Of a stretch of 64,000 bases of DNA, positions 41,301 through 51,723 are shown in pieces. A program made the position numbers and the translations under genes. A model generated the notes under the pieces. That model was not told the origin of the DNA and made no database searches. It saw nothing but the letters and a program-made list of their open reading frames with translations. The stretch is taken from IMG/VR virus record IMGVR_UViG_3300035204_002571, positions 1 to 64,000 of that record; one strand, written 5' to 3'. The number at the start of each line of letters is the position of its first letter. Position 1 is the first letter of the stretch. Source of the DNA: a virus.

Positions 41301-41710
41301 CTTACAATGTTAACAAACTTATAGCTGACGCTACAGTCGAAATAGAGAGAGTTAGGCCTGTTACCGCAGATATTCTTGTGAAAGAAGCAGAAGACCTAAC
41401 GGTTGACGTAGAGGGCATGCTTCTTATAAATGAAGAAGCCTTGGGAGAGGCAGATAAGATTGTGGAGAATGTAATAAATTCTGTTACGAATATAATAAAT
41501 ACATCAAGCCTTGGTTCTATTGTAGACTATTCAGATATAATAGCCGTAGCCGCTGGAGAGAGCGGGGTAGATTCAGTTAATATTTCCCTATTTAATGAGT
41601 CTGGCAAGACTGGAAGAAAAGCTTTTATAAAGGCATTAGACAATCAAACGATATCTCCTGGAACGGTTATATTCGAAGCAACATCTAGAAATAAATTTAG
41701 AATCAATTAG
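38387..41710 (+). CDS. Baseplate J-like wedge protein with large central insertion (1107 aa)
   Basis: 'LDRLASNFGTSR...ASGIVVF...IPTGTVV', 'GTTGNV', 'GGANKETDNSFRSRI', 'GKVDIYV'; C-terminal 'RPVTADILVK...SDIIAVAAGESGVDSV'. Confidence 0.9.
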   Translation: MARFRSFSEIVSTMIDRLKLSQPNLDTKPGTVSRDLFVDLPADQIARLYSSINLVSEKQSLATTVGRDLDRLASNFGTSRNTGSSASGIVVFCTNSLMTDISIPTGTVVTSKNGSKFKTIGNFVMSSADKNRLAANANRIRRALNIAGISSSYALEVPVQSVRPGTTGNVGSLQIINTDLAFPVSVTNLTAMVGGANKETDNSFRSRILSVFSGANIGTSSGYRNSILGVNGVLDALVVEPGSSLMLRDGTETIETGDGSDRIISSGTGGKVDIYVLGRKVQEVSESFIFTDLSGSGNISDERNDYTLGQAGQDPTRTSEERRVLAFKNGSLPVQPVDSMVSVTGSSSGLFTESYEDSDGVVYGNFELEKDLNPETGGSPFGFDKIHFISNTKIVEGEGLTKIGSFSSEALSFNDINEINQVYRDINETGENSEVSSAGNEFISLIHTPIIRVSQVQNKTTGEVYSVVDQNLDSDGLNTSGVIEISGRSLPTAADILSVNYTWRQVYDPYVDYAGSSSLSQFRDSSLTDSIDWSSTGGIFEEESVVTKSEDDLMFQVKLAYDISKVISVYKREEVESTISVVDTSGTTDLVGIELDSADEAIDNIVSIRRASDNLELYNTLAADGTFDARIIYLPSDSVGSIDDEVVVYYNKVELFDINKTDGSFYNNVVALPSEGVLDAEEVFDTVEDLYLSGDEVYATYVADISIVHPSTSLSNLPITGGEASNTLLGLEGSGSSTNQPVFFEYDSGGDPHSIIKFGPANLDIKVSGISKPGKIKVSGVTLNRYTVDVTAGTAMSGFVFDIESELKTALDLTSIPSNMGIARVDKVCLLDSYGEIDKEFNILGYYLNDITYDIGSAQADSDLDNSHFTLPSTSTNSAISISSGDTIRVELLVYNTEGYEELYYSSSELRTTSNRFARIDRVSVSSGFRSVTGNLIGSVEIMMSSQPKSGSTYYVDYDFLAPKEGERITVSYNVNKLIADATVEIERVRPVTADILVKEAEDLTVDVEGMLLINEEALGEADKIVENVINSVTNIINTSSLGSIVDYSDIIAVAAGESGVDSVNISLFNESGKTGRKAFIKALDNQTISPGTVIFEATSRNKFRIN

Positions 41711-41718
41711 GGAAAAGC

Positions 41719-44700
41719 ATGTTAAGACCAGTTTCTTTTTCAATACCATCCAGTACTGAACTTAGAGTAAAATTTAATGATGAACCAAATGAATTATTAA
41801 GTAAAGATAATTTCTTAGTCGAATCAGTAAGTGGAAATATTGATGATCTCGAAGTAACAAAAGTTGCAATCGATGGGCGTGCCGTAATTGTAACTACAAG
41901 GCCCCAAGTCGTTGGGAACTTTTATGTCTTAAAGCTTTTAGATTCAGATGAAGTTTTGTTTACATCTGCCAAAGGAACCCCCTTAGTAAATGATGATGTA
42001 AGCAGAGAACTATTCTTTATAGGGCTAAAGAATCATAATCCAATTAGAGATCGAATGGTCTCAAAGGTTCCTAAGCTTTATAATCTAGAAAATTCAAATG
42101 TTAATAAGATTATTGAGGCTCAAGCGGAGGAGTTGTTTCAAGCTCAAAAACATATTGGAGAATTATTAAGTGATAACTACATCTCCGTCGATGTTGTTGA
42201 TGAGCAGAGAACTAGAAGTTCAGGCGCAACAGATAGGCTGATTAATGAGAATGCATATTTAGTAAAAAGAGTTTCCGAAAAGCTTACAAATGCCAGCTTG
42301 ACATTTGATACAATTAATTATACTGAAGACTCTGGTATAGATGGACATTTTTCTATACCAAATTATCCAATATCTTTACAAGAGGTTTACGAAGAAGATG
42401 AGGAGATATCTCTTTCTTCTGAGAACAATAGCTTTAAAGGATTTTTGATATCGTTAACAAACAAAAACGTAATAAAACTAACTAACTTAAAACTTATAAA
42501 ATCTACTGATGAAGAGGATTGCAACGAAGAGACTGGAACAGAATATAATATTTCATTATACAAATATTCGATTAATAACAACAGATATGATCCGACATAT
42601 GCTTTTAGCAATATTGACTTGGAGTCAAATCAGGTATTGCTTTCTGAGTTTGGAAATATAGATGAGCCAACGGTTGGTGATACAATTATGGTGTCATATC
42701 TTTATAAAGACGTTGGAAGAAAGGTTAATGAGGCTTCAATAGAAATATATAATTTACAAGAAGTTGAGTCCGAGTCTGTTCCGACTAATATAACTAGATT
42801 TTTTCTGGATAATGCGCCTATAGTTGACTCTAATAATGATGTTCCAGAGAGGGGCGGCGTGACGTTTAGAACGGGAGAGAACCTGTCAGATGTGCCGGAT
42901 GAATTTCAAAGAGAGCTTGTATTTAACGCCTCAAAGCTGCCATCGAAGCTTGGAGAATATGCAATAGATTATTCGACAGGAGAAGTTATAGTCGTAGGGG
43001 CAGAGGAGATTGGCGATGGGACTGGGGCAAACAATAATATTGCATCATATTTGTATAGAAATGTTTTTTCTAAAAACTTAGATTATTATATAAAAGATGA
43101 TGAGTTTGTTGCATCAAGCAATAGAAGTATCGTCAATGAAGAGGTGTCTATAGACTTTAATTATGATAAAGTTTATGTAGAAGGAGTCGATTATCGAGCA
43201 CCCTGTCATACAGAGGTTTTTAATGAATATGTTGAAAATAACTTTGAATCCTCATTTGTTATTAAGCCTAAAAATACTCCCATAACAAACGTATTTAGAA
43301 TTTTTAATCAGACAACAGGTGAGGTCTATCCGCTGTTGTATCACACAAGAGATGAGGTTGTATTCTCTGGAGTGAGATCTCCAGAATTTAGGACCGAAAT
43401 CAGTGAGTTGGCAGACTTTAACTTGGTTGAACTAGAAAAGTTGAGTCCAATAGGGGAGTTTGTTTGCCCTGCTTTCTCTGTGACAATATCGGCCAATGCA
43501 TCGAATAGTAATATTCAGTTTTATCCGGGAATTCCCGCAGAATTAATTGATTATAATTCTCAAGATTATTTTATAAGAAGCACTGGCCTGGACGGTTCTG
43601 ATGATCTTGAAGACTTGCAAATAAGATTCTTTGGAGAGCCCGATTCTGATAACTTAATACAATCTGTTGCAATAAGCTCTACGGCTACTGCGCCAAGTCT
43701 AAAGGAAGTTGTAACAATTGGAACAAAAGGTTTGGTGTTTAGTCTGGATAACTCTTATATTATAAACAACTCTAGAGATGCAATAGGGTCACATGTGAAT
43801 ACATCTGCAGAGTTTTCTAGATATGATCTTTTTCTTGTAGAAAAGTATTTTAACGAACTCTCTTCAAACCCCGGAACAGAGAGAGTGGGAGATGACAGCC
43901 TGGCATCCTCTATTTTGTCTTCAAAGGGAGACGATTTTTATGAAAACCTATCAAGACTAAGGAGGGTTGGAGATTACTGTATAGACTATAAGCATGGGCA
44001 GGTATATCTTGCGATGTCATATGATCAAGATTACGAACTAGGCAGCGTTAATTACAGGCATGGAGCTATAACGACATTTAATAGAAATATAATCGGAGTT
44101 ACAGAGGCTACTAAAAAGCTCATATCCTCAGACTCTTTGGAGGACTCAACCATAATATATGATAAGGTTTCCAATACCAGCGAAGAAGCAAGCATTCTTG
44201 ATTTAGAAAACACTATTTTGCTGCCAGATGGAGAAACTATGGCGCTAAACTCTGATGGCGAATTAGACGATATATGTATCATCTTGGATGACTATACGGT
44301 TGTTCTTCCGAACAAGGCTTCAGATGTAAACGGAATTTATACGCTAAGCTCATTAGAGGGCGATAACTTATCTTCTTCGGTCAGAGAAATTAGAGAGGAA
44401 GATCTTGGATCAGACCTTATAAACGAGTTGGTCAAAAATGGTGGAGGAAATCTTTATGATTCTACATTTATGACATTTGAAGATAATGTTATAGATCTAA
44501 AGAAGACATATAGTACAAGAGTCGCGGAAAGTGGGGATGACTATACTATTATAATTAATGATTCAGAATTTGGAGAAATTTATAAAATTATACATACGTC
44601 ATCTGGTGCTGAAATATTTGATGAAAAATTAAACGTTATAAAGTTGGATGATTTAGAGGTAGTTTATGCAGAGCAAGATGAAGATGAGGTGATTATAGAT

Positions 44701-47700
44701 ATAAAATCAGGCCCTATATTGGACTCTTTAGACGTAAATGGAGACTTTCTGCTAGATAGCAGAGGCAGCAGATTTAGGATAGTTGACTTTGATCCTGAAA
44801 CATCTCAGGTTGTGGTTTTGACGCCAGCAGAGAATAATGTAGAGGCGGAATTGCCTGAGCTTGGAGGGGCCCAAGTTATTGTTAAAGCTTCGGTAACCTC
44901 GTCCGACACTGGTGTTGTAATAGTTATTCCTTCTGATTCATATATAAACGATAGAGACCCAATAGATGTTATATATACAACGTCTAATACGCCGAGCGCA
45001 GGAACCAAGGTTGGAGTCGATCTTCGTTCTGGAAGGCTTTATTTAAATTACCTGTACTCATATGATGATGTTTATGTATCATATGAATATGGAGATAACG
45101 AGATAGATTGGTCAATTGGAAGCTCTATTTTAGAGGGTCAATCTTATCATGTTACATATAAATATGGAGCATTGAGAGATGCTCTTAAAAAGAATTTTGG
45201 CATATTAACAAAGATTCCATTTTTTCAAAGATTTTCTATAAATACAGATAGAGAGCTATATAGAAGCGCTTTAGAGGGAACGATGCAGGCGTTTACAAAG
45301 GGTCCGACCATTCCGGCCTTTGAAGCTCTTGTTGAATCGTTTACTGATATTTCTCCAGAGATTACTGAGTCAGTTTTTGGTAACTGGATTTTAGGCAGGG
45401 ACTTTCTATCTCCAGAGGAGCTAAAGGCAGATGGTACGTTAGAGTTTAAAACATGTAAATTTGGCGAAGGAGTGATGATAAATAATGATACAGCAATTTA
45501 TATGCCAGCTGTTTCAAATATTAATTTAGACGAAGGAACTATATCTGCATGGATATGCCCAGAGTGGGCCGGAGTAGATAATGATGCTACATTAACGATA
45601 GATATAGATAATATTGGAACAAAAAATTATATTTATAGAATTGGAAGCAATCCCTTTGATTACGATAATCATTTTAATATCCTTGCCTCTGAGCATGCCG
45701 TGGGAGGTTCAGATTATTCATCTCCCAGCATAACTTTACATAACTTTACAAGCTCATGGAAAGATGGAGTTGAAGGTGGAGAGGAAGAGGAATTTATTGG
45801 AGCGTTCGCCCTAACCAAGGAGGAGCCATCTATAGATAGATCTGTAAAGACAGAGCTTGATCTATCTCTTAAGGTATCAAGCTTTTCTGCTCCTGAGGCA
45901 ATAAATCCCCCAAGAAGAAGGCCTTCTGAAGATTTACCTTTCAATAGGGCTAATTTGGGCATTCTGGGCCTTGGAAAGTCGCTTTCTGATGCTTCTAGAG
46001 GTCTGATTGTAGCGGGAAGCGAAGAGGATCTGTATCGCTTCTGTAGCCCAGCCTTTGTGTCTATAGGAGATAAGGAAAAGCTGTTATTTATGATGTTTTC
46101 TTTAAGGCCATTATTTAACCCTGAAAGTGGAAGGATATATACTTTTAGAGTTGGGTATGAGCACATTGAGGCTAATGAAATACCGGATTATAACAGGCTT
46201 CATGTTACTCAAAACTGTGTATGTTCAGTTGATGATACGTTAGAAGAGCTGTCAAAGTTTAGAGATAAAGATTTTCAATCAATCAAGGTTGATTTGGATT
46301 TCAATATAGACTTTGGATATATAAAAGATGTAGATGTTCCATTTGACAATGTTCCATCATCATTCAGGATTCTTGATACGAGAGGGGCCGTGTATGAGGT
46401 GTATGCCTTTTTGGATGAAGATGATAATGTTATATTGGATGAAATTCCGAATACTGTATCTGGGTTTATAGTAAATAGAATTCCGGAAAATCAACAATAT
46501 ATTACGGCACAAGGCGCGGAAGCTATAAACGATCTTCTCCCAACCGGTGAGATAACAGTGCTTTATCAGACAATGTCTGTCTTGACCAACGTTGATCCAG
46601 ATGCAAAAAAATATATTGGATATGAAGGTAAAAGCTACATAGTTGATTGGATGTCAGATTTTGTAAACTTTAATATACTAAGAGATCCAATGAATAATAA
46701 CGTAGAAATAACAGTAAAAAGCTCTGTTGATTCTAGCAAGAAAAATATAAAACTTTTTTATACAGACCTTATCGACGTTGAGATGGAAGAAGCTATTTAT
46801 GAGGGTTTAAATTTTGATAAATGGTTTAATATCGTTGGAGACGTAACCTCTGTGAATAATTCAAGCAGTCTATCTAACAAGATAGCCGTTGGGACGTTAG
46901 ACAGAACTACAAAATCTGTTATTGACATAGGAAGACTAAAGTACTCTGTTCACAACAGGTTTAGTGAGGAGGATGTTTATATAGGAGCAAGCGCCCGTAA
47001 TCCGTTAAGAATACCGTTTGATGTTAATAAATATGATTTTCCAGACACATCAGTTGGGCTGCCATATAATGCAGATTCCGATGAAGGTTTGTTTATATGT
47101 TTTGACGAGCTATGCTTATCTCCGCTGGCAGAAGACGCTGGACAATGGGTATTTAGATCTCGGGCTGGAAATTCTATTTATGCGCCAACTAGTGTATATC
47201 CAACTGAAGATGGGCATGAATTTGGATACTCTTATGTTCCCCTTTCTCATGTATTCTCTGGAACTATAAATACAGACGGTGAATTCTCGTCTGTAGTGAG
47301 GGCTCATAGGGATGAGGATGGAACGGGGTGTCCCACTGGGTTGGTTTGCTCTTCTGAGTACAGATATTGTGGAGATGGCCTGCTAGAGGGTACGGAGAAG
47401 GGCAGTGGATGGAGGCGTATAAACGAAACAAGCTCAGAGCTTATAAATATTTTAATCGGCGGATCTCAAGGCGAGTCTTCCGCATGGATGAAGTTTGGGC
47501 ACTTTAATACGAGCGCTATTGGCGGGGTTTATAGAGCCGGCCCTTCTGAACCGCACGCTGATAACTGCAATCATGACGTAACTGACCCTGCAGGTGGTAA
47601 CCACTTATATACAAAGCTGCCATGTTATGGCGGAGATTACTCCGCTACAGTATCGTTTAAGGTATCGGAAGTAGATCACAAGATTGTAAATTCATCGGCA

Positions 47701-50700
47701 GGAAGGTTCCAGGGGGCAACGTCTGGAGTTATGACCGGAATTACTCCAATCCATATTTATGATGACTCAATAAGCATAAAAGTTTCATTGGCAATAAGCA
47801 ACTCTGGTCAGCCACTGATATTGGTCATCGACGGCTTCTCAGAGGAGATAATTGACATATCGTATTTTAATTGGGACGATGGATTCTTTAACGTTCTTTC
47901 ATTGATTAAGGATATGGAAAATGAAACAATCACAATTACATCCGAGGGCCAAATATTAAGCAAGCTTAATATTAATGATTTTGAAGAGGGCGATACTGAG
48001 GCGTGTGGAAAAGATCTCCGTGATAAATCACCATTTTTTGCAATACACCTATTTGATGCATCGTTGCTAAATATAGTTGATTTTCATAATAAATATTCTG
48101 GAAATATTATAGATATAGGCTTAATAGAGTATAGCGCAAGATTAGAGGATGGTGTTAATGCTTTCGAAGATGAGGATATCTTTATAAGCACAGACTCCAA
48201 GATTGAGTTTGAATTCAATGTAGTTGCTGCCGAAGATGGATATTTAGATGGATATTTAGATGGATATTTTGAAGGTTACGGGTACTCTTCGGATCAAGAG
48301 TTTGATGTAGATGAGGTTTATTTTACATCAGATAAGCTTAGGTATGTTTTTGATAGCGGTGAGGGTGGTTCGGAAAATAGAATCTCTATTTTTAAGGATG
48401 GCAAAGGATTCATGAATTTTAGAATTTATGACAACTCTCTGTCTGCAAGGGGCGATGTTAACATGTATAATATTGCAACAAACATAAAAGACTTTAAACC
48501 AGGAGAGCTTCATCATGTGGCAGCCAGTTGGAGATTGAATACTATTTATGAAAAAGACGAGATGCACCTGTTTATAGATGGTCTTGAAGCTCCAAATATT
48601 TATAAATTCGGCGGACCAGTTCTGGTAAGGATTAATGATAAATTTTCAGATATAAGCAAGGAGGTCTTGCAAGACTTTTTGGTAGATGGCATTGATTTTT
48701 GCAATACTTTTTCAGACGGAACAACCCTGGCGGGATCATCTACTTTTTCGTCAAATCAGGCAGGGTTCACATCAGATATGGTTGGAAGGTCTGTAATATT
48801 CTTAGAGTCCAGTATAGCTCCAACATATGTCGGCAAAGAGTATATTATAAACAGTGTAGATGGAAACAGTGTAACATTTGTTAGGGGTAGTGATTTAGAT
48901 ATAGTTTCTTTTGATACCTCGGCTTCTGATATAATCTTCATGCTTCCTCCGACCGCCGGAATCAAGATGCCGATTGCAACAGATCTGAGAAATAGTGAGT
49001 TTGCGATATTTAAAACAAATTGCGAAGGAGAAGAAGAGGAGCTAGGCGGCGTATTGTATACGGTTGAGGATGGGTCGATAAATGTTCTTAATGGAGAAAA
49101 TGTAATAAATCCACAATATCGAGCTAATATAGATACGAAAATAGTTGAGTTTATAGGGAAAGATGATGAATGCAATTTTACAGGAACTATTGATTTTTCG
49201 GATTTAGATATTCATATAAAAACATTTGGATTGATTTATGCAAATTGCAATGACATAATAAATTTGTCGAGTTCGTCATATTATGTATTAGACAAGAAGG
49301 AATATGATGTTAATAGCGGAAAGAGTGTTATTTTGTCGCATGCGGCAGAGCCTGTATCTCTTGAGGATGTGACAATAAAAAGAATAGTGCTGCCAAGAGT
49401 GATTCCAAGCTTTGAAGATATTAGCGAAGAGTGGGATTACCCATTTGCCAAGATAGAGTTTGAGATGCCTTTGGAGAGTAACGATGGAAGCACGCTGTTA
49501 AGCTGTCAGCCAGGCCAGGTCTATAAAAAGAATGCCGGCAGATATTTGACGTTAAATTTTGATTCTGATAATGTCGTTTTTTGCGGCGAGCTTGACGGGT
49601 ATGTAGATGGGTATGAAGAGGCTGATGCGTATCCAAATATCATAAAGATCGTAGGAGAGACTGTTGACGGAACTAATTATGAAGAATTTACTGTAACAGG
49701 GAATGGAGACATTCATGGCAAAAAGTTGTTTAAATCTGTACAAGAGGTGAAGGGCAGGCTCTACCTGGCCGATTCGGACTACGAGCCATGTGTGATTAGC
49801 ATTTCTGAAACCAACTCTATAACGGTTTCCAATAATGATGGAGAATATGCAGAGGTATTTAAGTATACAAATGGAAGTCTTGTCTTGACATCGGTTGGGT
49901 CGAATGGAGTTTACCCCTTTGAACTGCACCCAGGCAGCTATCATCTGAGCTATCCTGCATTTTTAAAGATAGCCATACCAAATGTTGGAGATAAGGCATA
50001 TATCGGATGCGATATGAATAGCCAGAATCAATTTGGAGGTACAATAGATGAGTTTAGAGTCATAACAGAGATGTCAAGCGACACAAGGCCTACCGAGAGC
50101 GACACAAATGGCACAAGAAGCATTACAGAGGATTATCTGAATCCTAATCCGCATTGTGCAGATGATCAAACGCTTGTATTGGCACACTTTGATGACCCCA
50201 TAGACCTTCAGGCTAGAAAGCTAAGACAGAAGGAGTTTTTAAATACGGAGAGCAACTTTAAGTTCAAGCTGGACTTGGAGGATAGGGAGACACTATTGTC
50301 TTATATAAATAATAAGGATTTATTTGTATCAAAGATGATCCGTATGGGCTATGAGAGGGATGCCGCAATAGAAACGTATATTGAGTGTCACCATGCAATG
50401 GGCGGCCCGCTGTTTAATGAGGCAAAGTTTGTACGAAGCGATGAGATGTTAGTCAGCTCAAGCAGTGTTAATGATGAGTTTGGGCTATCTGCCAAATTCT
50501 TTAATACCCCACCTCTGGTTATGAATAACAGACTTTCTTACTTCAGAAGAAACGAGGGAACGATTGAGTTTTGGGTAAGTCCGCTTATGGATACAGTTGG
50601 AGATGAAGAAGATAGGTATTATGTAGATATTTATTCAATTACAAGAAAAAGAGTTAAATCTTTTTCTCCCACGATAATAGATCTTCCATCTTCTGCTAGA

Positions 50701-51666
50701 GAAATTGTTGGGATACAGCTTATGGAAAATACGCAAGAGTTTTCAGAGTTCTTTTCGCAAGATGAAGTGGATCATGTTTTGTTTGATGATATTTATAGAA
50801 GCGAAATAACCGGCAGACTAACAGGGGGCACTGGCGTTAAAAAGGATTTCTCAATAGGCAGCCGACTTAGTGCTGATGGAAGAAGGGTTTTTCTGGCAGA
50901 AGCTCTTCCGGGAGCGAATGTAGATGTTATAGTTTCATATGCATCTATTGATTCTTCTGGAGACAGGGTATCTGTTTATAAAAACAAGAATAGCCAAATT
51001 GTTTTTTCAATTACTGCAAATGGCGCGGTTAATTCGTTAGTGAAAGATGTTGACTGGGGTAGGAATACTTGGCACAGGATTATGTGTACATATAAAACAA
51101 ATTCTAGCGCTGATACTATGAGGTTGTTTGTCGATGGCGATGAAAGTGGGTTTGTAACATACGGTGAGAATGGGGTTGTATATGGATCCGGGTTTGTATA
51201 TGGCCAAACCACGCAGGAACTCGGAGCATCAAAGCAGGTTGGTTACAATATATCTTTAAAAGATGACTTCAGATTGGTTTGCATTGGATCTGATGTTTTT
51301 GAAAAACAATCAGCATTGTCTAGAATAGATAATATAAGATTTAGTAGAATAATGAGAAACGCGGCAAAAGGGCCGTCTGGAGAATATATAGATACAAATT
51401 ACTCGTCTAATACAGATACTGTGCTTCCTGTGGTTAAAGATAATTCTACAACTATAATTTTAGATTTTGAAGAGGAGAGTTATGAAGATAAATATGCAAC
51501 AGTTATTGATCCGGCAAGTGGGATATTCAACTTTGACATAGAAGTATTAGATAATTTTAGTAATATTAATAGTGATGAAGTTGAAGATTTGATTGTAGAC
51601 TTGGTTAATAGATTAAAGCCGGCGCACACAAATGCATTAGTAAAATTTCCAAGAGAATCATGTTAA
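41719..51666 (+). CDS. Giant baseplate wedge protein (P2 gpI/T4 gp7-like core) carrying two LamG/ConA-like domains (3315 aa)
   Basis: Follows J. 'YRSALEGTMQAFTKGPTIPAFEALVESFT' and terminal 'LVNRLKPAHT'. LamG motifs: EGTISAW/EGTIEFW, HHVAASW/WHRIMCTY, LFIDG/LFVDG, GTIDEFRV/IDNIRFS. Confidence 0.75.
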   Translation: MLRPVSFSIPSSTELRVKFNDEPNELLSKDNFLVESVSGNIDDLEVTKVAIDGRAVIVTTRPQVVGNFYVLKLLDSDEVLFTSAKGTPLVNDDVSRELFFIGLKNHNPIRDRMVSKVPKLYNLENSNVNKIIEAQAEELFQAQKHIGELLSDNYISVDVVDEQRTRSSGATDRLINENAYLVKRVSEKLTNASLTFDTINYTEDSGIDGHFSIPNYPISLQEVYEEDEEISLSSENNSFKGFLISLTNKNVIKLTNLKLIKSTDEEDCNEETGTEYNISLYKYSINNNRYDPTYAFSNIDLESNQVLLSEFGNIDEPTVGDTIMVSYLYKDVGRKVNEASIEIYNLQEVESESVPTNITRFFLDNAPIVDSNNDVPERGGVTFRTGENLSDVPDEFQRELVFNASKLPSKLGEYAIDYSTGEVIVVGAEEIGDGTGANNNIASYLYRNVFSKNLDYYIKDDEFVASSNRSIVNEEVSIDFNYDKVYVEGVDYRAPCHTEVFNEYVENNFESSFVIKPKNTPITNVFRIFNQTTGEVYPLLYHTRDEVVFSGVRSPEFRTEISELADFNLVELEKLSPIGEFVCPAFSVTISANASNSNIQFYPGIPAELIDYNSQDYFIRSTGLDGSDDLEDLQIRFFGEPDSDNLIQSVAISSTATAPSLKEVVTIGTKGLVFSLDNSYIINNSRDAIGSHVNTSAEFSRYDLFLVEKYFNELSSNPGTERVGDDSLASSILSSKGDDFYENLSRLRRVGDYCIDYKHGQVYLAMSYDQDYELGSVNYRHGAITTFNRNIIGVTEATKKLISSDSLEDSTIIYDKVSNTSEEASILDLENTILLPDGETMALNSDGELDDICIILDDYTVVLPNKASDVNGIYTLSSLEGDNLSSSVREIREEDLGSDLINELVKNGGGNLYDSTFMTFEDNVIDLKKTYSTRVAESGDDYTIIINDSEFGEIYKIIHTSSGAEIFDEKLNVIKLDDLEVVYAEQDEDEVIIDIKSGPILDSLDVNGDFLLDSRGSRFRIVDFDPETSQVVVLTPAENNVEAELPELGGAQVIVKASVTSSDTGVVIVIPSDSYINDRDPIDVIYTTSNTPSAGTKVGVDLRSGRLYLNYLYSYDDVYVSYEYGDNEIDWSIGSSILEGQSYHVTYKYGALRDALKKNFGILTKIPFFQRFSINTDRELYRSALEGTMQAFTKGPTIPAFEALVESFTDISPEITESVFGNWILGRDFLSPEELKADGTLEFKTCKFGEGVMINNDTAIYMPAVSNINLDEGTISAWICPEWAGVDNDATLTIDIDNIGTKNYIYRIGSNPFDYDNHFNILASEHAVGGSDYSSPSITLHNFTSSWKDGVEGGEEEEFIGAFALTKEEPSIDRSVKTELDLSLKVSSFSAPEAINPPRRRPSEDLPFNRANLGILGLGKSLSDASRGLIVAGSEEDLYRFCSPAFVSIGDKEKLLFMMFSLRPLFNPESGRIYTFRVGYEHIEANEIPDYNRLHVTQNCVCSVDDTLEELSKFRDKDFQSIKVDLDFNIDFGYIKDVDVPFDNVPSSFRILDTRGAVYEVYAFLDEDDNVILDEIPNTVSGFIVNRIPENQQYITAQGAEAINDLLPTGEITVLYQTMSVLTNVDPDAKKYIGYEGKSYIVDWMSDFVNFNILRDPMNNNVEITVKSSVDSSKKNIKLFYTDLIDVEMEEAIYEGLNFDKWFNIVGDVTSVNNSSSLSNKIAVGTLDRTTKSVIDIGRLKYSVHNRFSEEDVYIGASARNPLRIPFDVNKYDFPDTSVGLPYNADSDEGLFICFDELCLSPLAEDAGQWVFRSRAGNSIYAPTSVYPTEDGHEFGYSYVPLSHVFSGTINTDGEFSSVVRAHRDEDGTGCPTGLVCSSEYRYCGDGLLEGTEKGSGWRRINETSSELINILIGGSQGESSAWMKFGHFNTSAIGGVYRAGPSEPHADNCNHDVTDPAGGNHLYTKLPCYGGDYSATVSFKVSEVDHKIVNSSAGRFQGATSGVMTGITPIHIYDDSISIKVSLAISNSGQPLILVIDGFSEEIIDISYFNWDDGFFNVLSLIKDMENETITITSEGQILSKLNINDFEEGDTEACGKDLRDKSPFFAIHLFDASLLNIVDFHNKYSGNIIDIGLIEYSARLEDGVNAFEDEDIFISTDSKIEFEFNVVAAEDGYLDGYLDGYFEGYGYSSDQEFDVDEVYFTSDKLRYVFDSGEGGSENRISIFKDGKGFMNFRIYDNSLSARGDVNMYNIATNIKDFKPGELHHVAASWRLNTIYEKDEMHLFIDGLEAPNIYKFGGPVLVRINDKFSDISKEVLQDFLVDGIDFCNTFSDGTTLAGSSTFSSNQAGFTSDMVGRSVIFLESSIAPTYVGKEYIINSVDGNSVTFVRGSDLDIVSFDTSASDIIFMLPPTAGIKMPIATDLRNSEFAIFKTNCEGEEEELGGVLYTVEDGSINVLNGENVINPQYRANIDTKIVEFIGKDDECNFTGTIDFSDLDIHIKTFGLIYANCNDIINLSSSSYYVLDKKEYDVNSGKSVILSHAAEPVSLEDVTIKRIVLPRVIPSFEDISEEWDYPFAKIEFEMPLESNDGSTLLSCQPGQVYKKNAGRYLTLNFDSDNVVFCGELDGYVDGYEEADAYPNIIKIVGETVDGTNYEEFTVTGNGDIHGKKLFKSVQEVKGRLYLADSDYEPCVISISETNSITVSNNDGEYAEVFKYTNGSLVLTSVGSNGVYPFELHPGSYHLSYPAFLKIAIPNVGDKAYIGCDMNSQNQFGGTIDEFRVITEMSSDTRPTESDTNGTRSITEDYLNPNPHCADDQTLVLAHFDDPIDLQARKLRQKEFLNTESNFKFKLDLEDRETLLSYINNKDLFVSKMIRMGYERDAAIETYIECHHAMGGPLFNEAKFVRSDEMLVSSSSVNDEFGLSAKFFNTPPLVMNNRLSYFRRNEGTIEFWVSPLMDTVGDEEDRYYVDIYSITRKRVKSFSPTIIDLPSSAREIVGIQLMENTQEFSEFFSQDEVDHVLFDDIYRSEITGRLTGGTGVKKDFSIGSRLSADGRRVFLAEALPGANVDVIVSYASIDSSGDRVSVYKNKNSQIVFSITANGAVNSLVKDVDWGRNTWHRIMCTYKTNSSADTMRLFVDGDESGFVTYGENGVVYGSGFVYGQTTQELGASKQVGYNISLKDDFRLVCIGSDVFEKQSALSRIDNIRFSRIMRNAAKGPSGEYIDTNYSSNTDTVLPVVKDNSTTIILDFEEESYEDKYATVIDPASGIFNFDIEVLDNFSNINSDEVEDLIVDLVNRLKPAHTNALVKFPRESC
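48235..48270 (+). repeat. 12-bp tandem repeat x3 encoding DGYL-DGYL-DGYF
   Basis: GATGGATATTTA GATGGATATTTA GATGGATATTTT. Confidence 0.9.
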
Positions 51667-51673
51667 TAGCCTC

Positions 51674-51685
51674 TATTAATAATCT
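51674..51685 (+). promoter_or_regulatory. Candidate late-promoter motif (copy 3)
   Basis: TATTAATAAT, 50 nt before the SD-supported ATG at 51724. Confidence 0.5.
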
Positions 51686-51723
51686 TGGATGTATCGATAA
51701 GTGTTAAAGCTAGGAGATGTTTG